Shown here one piece after another: positions 25,631 to 32,000 of a stretch of 32,000 bases of DNA (positions are counted from its first letter, which is position 1; each line of letters opens with the position of its first letter). Under the pieces are notes generated by a model. The model saw only the letters and a program-made list of their open reading frames with translations. It searched no databases and was not told the origin of the DNA. The stretch is from positions 1,110,001-1,142,000 of the forward strand of contig OZ252021.1 in NCBI GenBank assembly GCA_965247685.1, written 5' to 3'. The DNA is from Bdellovibrionales bacterium. Its GTDB lineage: Bacteria > Bdellovibrionota > Bdellovibrionia > Bdellovibrionales > UBA1609. The position numbers and the translations under genes were made by a program.

Positions 25631-26659
25631 ATGATGAAAAAAGTTTTATCTATTGAAACAAGTTGTGATGATACTTGCGTCTCTATTGTTCGCGAAGACG
25701 GTAAAGTATTAGTGGATTACAAACAAGATCAAATAAAAGAACACGCTCCTTTCGGTGGGGTAGTTCCAGAAAATGCAAGTCGCAATCATAGCAAAAACCT
25801 TTTACCTTTAGTGGATCAAGCTTTAAAAAAAATTTCTATAGAAGATATTGATCTGATAGCTTGCACCAGTCGACCAGGTCTAATGGGGTCATTATTAATT
25901 GGAGTGATCACGGCTCGTAGTCTTGCACATCTGTATCGAAAACCATTGATTACTGTGAACCACATTGAGGGGCATATTTTATCTCCATTTTTATATGATG
26001 AAAAAAAGGATAAACCTCAGTGGAGTTTTCCCTATGTTTGTTTGGTTGTCAGCGGCGGGCATACACATTTATTTTATGCAGAATCTTTAACAAAATACAC
26101 TTTGCTGGGACAAACTTTAGATGATGCAGCAGGGGAGGCTTTTGATAAGTTTGCAAGGTTGATGAAATTTCCGTATGCGAGTGGAGTTTATGTGGATCAA
26201 AATTCAAAAGGAGGTAAGAAAGATAAATTTTCATTTCCTATAGCGCTTCATCGAAAAGGCAATCTTAACTTTAGCTTTTCTGGATTAAAAACAGCTTCGT
26301 ATCATCTGATGGAAAAACTTACAGAAGAAGAAAAAAAAGATATTTTTTCTCTTTGTGCTTCTTTTCAAGAGGCTGTTGTTCAACAACTTGTTTTTAAATT
26401 AGATGAATGTTTAAAAAAATATCCTGTAAAAAGAGTAGCAGTAGTTGGGGGAGTAAGTGCGAATTCAAGACTGAGGAAAGTTTGCACCGATTGGGCTCAA
26501 GATCATGGGGTTCATTTAGCGCTTCCTTTGCTGAGGTATTGCACAGATAATGCGAGTATGATTGGCTACACGGCACTTCAAAGATATATTCATCAGCTTT
26601 ATTCTGAGGATCACCGCCCTTACTCTCATCATCTTCCTAACGATTTTATAAAACTGTAA
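25631..26659 (+). CDS. tsaD: tRNA N6-adenosine threonylcarbamoyltransferase TsaD
   Basis: LSIETSCDDTCVSIV, VNHIEGHILSPFL, LVVSGGHTHL, VVGGVSANSRLR. Confidence 0.93.
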   Translation: MMKKVLSIETSCDDTCVSIVREDGKVLVDYKQDQIKEHAPFGGVVPENASRNHSKNLLPLVDQALKKISIEDIDLIACTSRPGLMGSLLIGVITARSLAHLYRKPLITVNHIEGHILSPFLYDEKKDKPQWSFPYVCLVVSGGHTHLFYAESLTKYTLLGQTLDDAAGEAFDKFARLMKFPYASGVYVDQNSKGGKKDKFSFPIALHRKGNLNFSFSGLKTASYHLMEKLTEEEKKDIFSLCASFQEAVVQQLVFKLDECLKKYPVKRVAVVGGVSANSRLRKVCTDWAQDHGVHLALPLLRYCTDNASMIGYTALQRYIHQLYSEDHRPYSHHLPNDFIKL

Positions 26660-26687
26660 CTGGAAATGATGTTGGTATCGATTTTAA

Positions 26688-26725
26688 GTTAGTATCAATC
26701 CTTTGATACTAACTCAATATTTTTT
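26688..26725 (+). terminator. Rho-independent terminator after tsaD
   Basis: 11-bp perfect stem GTTAGTATCAA (26688-26698), loop TCCT, stem TTGATACTAAC (26703-26713), with a T-run shortly downstream. Confidence 0.65.
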
Positions 26726-27202
26726 ATAAATACCTAATATTACTAATCTTTTTTTACTCCCTTAAGAGCATTCGTATTAATTTCTCCAGCTTTTAAAGAT
26801 AATTCTCCCATTTGATAGCAAATTTCAGAGTTTATTTCTTTTTATTGAACTATTCTAATTTTTTGAATTTCAGTTTTAAAAATTTCCTTAATATAATAAT
26901 TAAAACCACCAAGTAATGAGAAATACTGAAAGGGTAAAAAACACACAAGTTGTGTAAATTTTTATGGTCTAGTTTTTAAATATCAAGACTCCCTCTTTTT
27001 CTAAATCTACATCTATAATAATAGGACTTAAGTATTTGTTTTTTGAAAAAACTTATATTTAAAGTTTTACTTTAATTTCTTAGAGTTAAACACTGCTGGA
27101 TAGAGGATTTTTAAATAAAAAATAATGTAAAACTATGGGTTTTGTAAATCATTCCCCACAAATGCTTTGCATGAGTGAAAGTGGAGTAAGGATAATAAGA
27201 GC

Positions 27203-28582
27203 ATGAAGAATTGTTTAAAAATTTTAACTAGATATTTCTATCCATTTTTTGTTGCGATATTCATTCTGTTTTTTAATGTGCAGTGTTTGCAGCAACAATC
27301 TCACTTTGCCAGTTTGTCGGGCAACGCTCAGATCTCAGATCGATTTTATATTAAGTTTGATAGCGGTCACTATGAGAGTAACGGTGAAACTGCACCTCTT
27401 TATGAGTTAAGTTCAACAGAAGATTTAATGAACTTGGCCGATTGTGGAGTGGATAAAGGAGAAGATTCGGTCGAGGATATTTATTGTATTTTAAATTTGA
27501 ATGAAGCTGATATTGGAGCGAGCCAAGGGGGAGTGGACGGCATTCAGGGTGGTATTCCACTTGAGCTGAATGTTCCAACAGAAATGTGTGAATATACACA
27601 GTGGATGATCCCATGGCATTGGAATCAACGATCAGGAGTTGGTCCTCCTAGAGTGTATGAATGCACGGTTACTAATGAAGGTGCTACTGATGGTGAGGGT
27701 GAAACCCAAACAAATAAGTATCGGAGTTTAAATAAAGTCGATTGGTATCTTGATGATGAAGATAGCATTAGTCTATGTAGCCCTCAGGCTAATCAACCAG
27801 GTTACCCTTATGATCAGTCCGAAAAAGAGGGTTTGGAAAACTGTTGTTTTGGTAAAGCTGCTCAATACACACGTGAGTGTTCGGGCTCTGGTTATTCTTG
27901 CTGTGATGAAGCTCCAAGCATAAACAATCCGGATTTTAAGGAAGATTCAGAACATGAATGGGGCGGTGATATGAAGAGCTGTTTAGGAGGCCCTGTTCGA
28001 GCATCCAATTGGGAGGCCTATGTTAAAATTGGTGGTGATATTGATATAGAAATTCCTACGGCTGTTGTGAGTTCGACATGGCAAAGAGGAACGCGTCGGA
28101 ATTTTTCTATTGGTCCCGCATTTGATTCTGTCTTGATAGGCGAATCTGTTCCTGTTGCAAACTACTTTGATGGTATTGAAGATTTGCCTTTTTATGAAGG
28201 CTCTAGACTTTATTCACATGACTGTGAAGATTGCCCTGCAATGTTTTTTGCAGATTTTGATAAAAAGGATCAAGCCCAAGCCCTACCTATAGGGTATCCT
28301 TACTTCACTCTATCTTGTTTGGATTCTGACTTTGAGGTTCTTCATCGGGTGCATTTGATCATTCGCGAATGGAATACCTTAGAGGAGTTTCTCGTCTTTC
28401 AAGAGACAGGGGGGCGGAGTGGTGATCCAGATGTGGAGGGCACAGAAGGAGATGAATGTCTTTATTATGAGCCAGATGAATATCTCACTCACGGTCGAAG
28501 CGGGTGTAATGATTTTTTAGACATTGACGACATTGAAGATACTACTTATAGGTACCCTAATATCCTAGAATATGGCGGCTGA
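27203..28582 (+). CDS. Cys-rich, acidic secreted protein or lipoprotein, uncharacterised
   Basis: 459 aa. Hydrophobic N-terminus with a possible lipobox FFNVQ|C. 18 Cys in total, including the CC pairs ENCCFG and YSCCDE. No family recognised. Confidence 0.7.
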   Translation: MKNCLKILTRYFYPFFVAIFILFFNVQCLQQQSHFASLSGNAQISDRFYIKFDSGHYESNGETAPLYELSSTEDLMNLADCGVDKGEDSVEDIYCILNLNEADIGASQGGVDGIQGGIPLELNVPTEMCEYTQWMIPWHWNQRSGVGPPRVYECTVTNEGATDGEGETQTNKYRSLNKVDWYLDDEDSISLCSPQANQPGYPYDQSEKEGLENCCFGKAAQYTRECSGSGYSCCDEAPSINNPDFKEDSEHEWGGDMKSCLGGPVRASNWEAYVKIGGDIDIEIPTAVVSSTWQRGTRRNFSIGPAFDSVLIGESVPVANYFDGIEDLPFYEGSRLYSHDCEDCPAMFFADFDKKDQAQALPIGYPYFTLSCLDSDFEVLHRVHLIIREWNTLEEFLVFQETGGRSGDPDVEGTEGDECLYYEPDEYLTHGRSGCNDFLDIDDIEDTTYRYPNILEYGG

Positions 28583-28705
28583 TAACCTTAAACTCACAAA
28601 ACTTCATTTCACTTAATCACATTACGTTTGATACTCTGCATTAAAAAATACATCGCATAAATTACCTCATCAAATTAACATCCTTTAAAGCAAAAAAACT
28701 TAATT

Positions 28706-31087
28706 CTAGAAGGCGCCGATAGACCAGCTCAAATGGAAGATGTTCTCTTGAGGCTGAGGTTTAATTTTAAAACCAAGATTGATCACCAACGGTCCAAGCC
28801 CTGTCATGTTATGAATACCCACACCCACAGAATGCCCAAAAGAAAAGATACGGGTGCCTTTTGATGTTAAAAACACACCACCAGCGTCATAGAACAAAGC
28901 CCCGTTTAAAAAATCACGGTAAATAGGGAAGCGGATTTCTTGTTTTAATAAAAAATAATAAGAAGAAAAAGGCTTCATTTCTATTGGGCTGTTGATAGCA
29001 AATTCCGATACACGAGGTATCCTATCTCCTTGCATTTTACCGTCAAAACCACGCAAAGAATTAAGACCTCCTAGAATAAAATAACGGCGAACAGGGATTT
29101 TCCCGTTTCCTAAATTCTGAATCACCCCTCCGCTCACAGCATGAGCAAAAACCAGTTTCCAAAAAGAAAGATAATAACGTGACTTCATTTCAGTGCTTAC
29201 AAAATGGATATCCTTATGAGCTCCAATATATGGATTCGAATAATCTGTTTTAAAATCAAAATAAAAACCTTTTTTAGGAAATAAAATATTATCTCTACGA
29301 TCGACTTTCACATCAAATCCCATTTCTGCAATCACCTGCTCTTGGTGAAATGAAGTTGTCATGGTTTTTTTATTCAACTCAGGATCTAACAAAAACTTTT
29401 GAGTGTAAGAACGGCCTAATTCAATATTCCAAAGCCTCCAATTCAGATGGGAAGTGTTGTTCAATTTTCTATCTACATTAAAACTCAAGTGGTGAGAACG
29501 AATCCAGTCAATTTGAGTGTCATCCAAAGAAAAGATCTCATTTTTGTGAGTGTAAGTCACTTTACCATTAAATCTTGAGTTCCAGAGATAAGAATGAATA
29601 TAACTAGTTGAAATATTATAAGGTAAAAGATTAAGCAAAGGAAGTTTTTTTGGAAAGAGATTTCGTTGAGCAACTGGTGTGTTTATAATATTATAAAGAA
29701 GTTGAATATTTGTACTGAGTTCTGTGTTTAACAAAAAGTCACTATGATTATAGCCCCAGAGGTTTTTCTTATCAATATCTAGATTCATTTGGGTTGAAAA
29801 TTTATGTTTTGTGTTTGCTCCTAATTTGAATCTAAAAAAACCAAAGAGGCCTTCTTGAACCTTAATAGTCAGTGAATCTTTTTTCTGAGGAGTAAAATCA
29901 ATATCCACTATGGAAAACAACCCTGAGTCTTCTAAAAAATATGTTGCTTGATCAATTTTATGTTGCGTGATTTTTTCTTCTTTTTTGAAATTAGACATGA
30001 GACGAATATAATCTGGTTGAATATCCTTATGACCTTTTACAAGTAAGTTCTTTAAAAAAGTTATATCGTTTTCTTGAATATTGACATAAATGCGGGCTGT
30101 TTGAAATGAAGGATGTATGTGAATAAGATGCTCTTGATCAATTTTTACTTTTAAAAAATTCTTATCTTTATATAATTGAAGAATTTTTTGAATGCCGTTT
30201 TGAATTTTTATAATGTTTAAAATATCTCCTTTTTTTACTTGGAGTGTATCTTTAATTTCTTTTGATAAAATATGTTGATTGCCTTTAACAAGGATTTCTT
30301 GAATACGAACTGCAGATCCTTCTTTTAAAATAATATTTAAAGTTACCATATTATCGTTGAATGAAATATCTTGGTGATAAAGTTGAGCTTGGACATACCC
30401 TATTTGTCTCAGGTAATGCACAATAGATTGAAGATAAAGTTGAACTTTTTTTTCTTCAAAGTATTTCAGTTTAAATATGGAATTAGGATGATTCTTCAGG
30501 AGATTTTTATAAAATTTTGAATCTTGAGACAATGATCCTGAAAAATTAATATTTTGAATAATAAATTTCTTACCTTCTTGAATGCTGAGCCGAATGTAAG
30601 CTTTATTTTCACTTATTTGTTTTTTAATATTTGTTTGAATTTGAATTTTATAGTAAGCATTTTTTTTATAGTATTCTTGAATTTTTTTCATAGCTGTTTC
30701 AGCAATATAAGGTGTCGCGAAAAAATCATTCTTATGTATTAAAGAGTAAAGGGTTAAAGTATTAACTTTTTGATTTCCTCGAAAAATAAAAAAATACTGA
30801 ACAGGGTTTTCCACTTTAAAATTTAAAGCTTTTGAATTTGATTTTTGTATCGTGACCGAAGATTGGAGGTAATGGTGCTGAGTAAGATATTTTGTGATAA
30901 CTGTGAGAATTTGCTGCTCATTCACAGTTTTTTGTGAATAGATATATTTTTTTACCATTTGTTGAAGTTCTTTTTGAAGTACTTTGTTAGTTGTTTGAAT
31001 ATTAATAGATTCATATTTTTTTGAGTAAGTGACAAAACAAAACATAACACTCAATAAAAAAATAAAACGAATTATTATTTTAAACAT
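28706..31087 (-). CDS. bamA: Omp85-family outer membrane protein assembly factor BamA
   Basis: 793 aa. Signal peptide. The N-terminal roughly 400 aa has POTRA-like periodicity (e.g. I.NINFSG, IQEILVKGN). The C-terminal beta-barrel has RGFDG (LGGLNSLRGFDG) and a terminal aromatic beta-signal SWSIGAF. Confidence 0.8.
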   Translation of the reverse strand: MFKIIIRFIFLLSVMFCFVTYSKKYESINIQTTNKVLQKELQQMVKKYIYSQKTVNEQQILTVITKYLTQHHYLQSSVTIQKSNSKALNFKVENPVQYFFIFRGNQKVNTLTLYSLIHKNDFFATPYIAETAMKKIQEYYKKNAYYKIQIQTNIKKQISENKAYIRLSIQEGKKFIIQNINFSGSLSQDSKFYKNLLKNHPNSIFKLKYFEEKKVQLYLQSIVHYLRQIGYVQAQLYHQDISFNDNMVTLNIILKEGSAVRIQEILVKGNQHILSKEIKDTLQVKKGDILNIIKIQNGIQKILQLYKDKNFLKVKIDQEHLIHIHPSFQTARIYVNIQENDITFLKNLLVKGHKDIQPDYIRLMSNFKKEEKITQHKIDQATYFLEDSGLFSIVDIDFTPQKKDSLTIKVQEGLFGFFRFKLGANTKHKFSTQMNLDIDKKNLWGYNHSDFLLNTELSTNIQLLYNIINTPVAQRNLFPKKLPLLNLLPYNISTSYIHSYLWNSRFNGKVTYTHKNEIFSLDDTQIDWIRSHHLSFNVDRKLNNTSHLNWRLWNIELGRSYTQKFLLDPELNKKTMTTSFHQEQVIAEMGFDVKVDRRDNILFPKKGFYFDFKTDYSNPYIGAHKDIHFVSTEMKSRYYLSFWKLVFAHAVSGGVIQNLGNGKIPVRRYFILGGLNSLRGFDGKMQGDRIPRVSEFAINSPIEMKPFSSYYFLLKQEIRFPIYRDFLNGALFYDAGGVFLTSKGTRIFSFGHSVGVGIHNMTGLGPLVINLGFKIKPQPQENIFHLSWSIGAF

Positions 31088-31090
31088 TTT

Positions 31091-32000
31091 TTAAAAATCC
31101 AATTTATATTCTAATTCAATCCCTAAATTACTATCTTCTTGATTTTCTTCTTTATCATTTTCCCAAGAACCCAGTATAGAAAAATCAGGGGCTAAGTTAT
31201 ATTCGAGCTTAAAACTATTATAATCTTCGTCAATGGATTGTGTGTAAGAAGTATTAAGTTTTTTAAACCATCTTTTATGTAATTCAATTTTACTTGAAGG
31301 GGCGTTTTTCTGACTATTGATGTAGGATGTGATATAAATTTGAACACCCAGTAATTTATTGAGTTCTTTTCCAATAGTATCTTGAAAAAGCATAGAGCCA
31401 ATTTTATAGCCTGAATAACTTGCAATTTGGTTTACTTGCTGTGAAGGGTTGGTAAAACCAATCGATCGAGCTCCTAAAGCCATCATAGATAAAATTTCTT
31501 CTTCAGGCAGGCTAGGTTGGCTATTAAGCTTAAATTCAAAGTCATCTGCTTTTCCAGATACATTGGCCGTAATTTCATAAAGAGTAATTGTCTCTTTTTG
31601 ATTTTCATCTAGTTTTATTTCCTCAAAGTGGGTATTTCCTACGAGTTGAAACTGAGGATCTAATAAGGGCTGTGATTTGTATTGGAGCCACCCAGATTCT
31701 AGTTGAAAATCATACTCTCTTAAGTGAAGAATACTGTTTGGAATAAATCGGATTTCTCCTAATGTGATAGGATTGGTGAATTTGCCTTTTAAATTTAAGA
31801 AGCCATCTATTGATGCAGTAAATAAGGTATTTTCTAAAGAGAAAGGTTGTTGAAAGACGAGATTTATATCCCAATGGAATACATCTTTGCTGTCAGAAGG
31901 TTCAGGGAGTGTTTCTTCTAAAGATTGTAATTCTTCTTTAAAATATCCTGACTGAACAAAAAACTTTCCACTCATTAAATAAGGTATGCGATCTCCATAT
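31091..32000 (-). CDS. tamB: TamB-like translocation/assembly module protein, C-terminal DUF490 region; 5' end outside the window
   Basis: Frame is open through position 32000. GEIRFIPNSILHLREYDFQLESGWLQY, LPEEEILSMMALGARS, terminal LGIELEYKLDF. The stop lies 3 nt before the bamA start. Confidence 0.75.
   Translation of the reverse strand, partial: YGDRIPYLMSGKFFVQSGYFKEELQSLEETLPEPSDSKDVFHWDINLVFQQPFSLENTLFTASIDGFLNLKGKFTNPITLGEIRFIPNSILHLREYDFQLESGWLQYKSQPLLDPQFQLVGNTHFEEIKLDENQKETITLYEITANVSGKADDFEFKLNSQPSLPEEEILSMMALGARSIGFTNPSQQVNQIASYSGYKIGSMLFQDTIGKELNKLLGVQIYITSYINSQKNAPSSKIELHKRWFKKLNTSYTQSIDEDYNSFKLEYNLAPDFSILGSWENDKEENQEDSNLGIELEYKLDF

Noticed and set aside
26943-26955. Palindrome ACACAA-G-TTGTGT as a stand-alone regulatory feature
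   Set aside because: It is a single 13-nt palindrome in a 540-bp AT-rich spacer and has no second copy in the window. It is mentioned under the leader finding but is too weak to annotate.

Overview
AT-rich (about one-third G+C by eye) chromosomal segment of a diderm bacterium. Gene content fits a Bdellovibrionota/Oligoflexia-like lineage, but that taxon call is inference only. All family assignments come from motifs read in the translated ORFs; no database search was run.

Layout:
- 1-6983: type IV pilus operon, pilD (3' part)-pilM-pilN-pilO-pilP-pilQ, plus an uncharacterised lipoprotein gene translationally coupled to pilQ.
- 7.2-13.7 kb: an accessory-looking patch. It holds an orphan 169-aa gene, tRNA-Ala, a Cas4-like nuclease fused to a DnaQ-like exonuclease (DUF2779-type architecture) and a structurally aberrant tRNA-Pro. 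These are followed by a decayed ISAs1-like transposase, an LD-carboxypeptidase pseudogene with an in-frame TAG, a small secreted ankyrin protein and two paralogous Cys-rich acidic lipoproteins.
- 13.7-26.7 kb: housekeeping and envelope genes. These are an FKBP isomerase, a lipoprotein, tRNA-Met followed by a duplicated tRNA 3' end (att-like scar), a HEAT-like protein, trhO, an ABC-2 exporter pair, cmk-rpsA-sppA, a rhomboid protease, pal-(small lipoprotein)-cpoB and tsaD.
- 26.7-32 kb: a 540-bp AT-rich spacer, a GC-richer Cys-rich secreted protein, then bamA and the 3' end of tamB on the minus strand.

No rRNA, CRISPR array, intact transposase or integrase was seen.

The best candidates for something undescribed are the tRNA-flanked nuclease/exonuclease fusion, the paralogous Cys-rich lipoprotein pair and the pilQ-coupled lipoprotein. 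None can be assigned a function from sequence alone.
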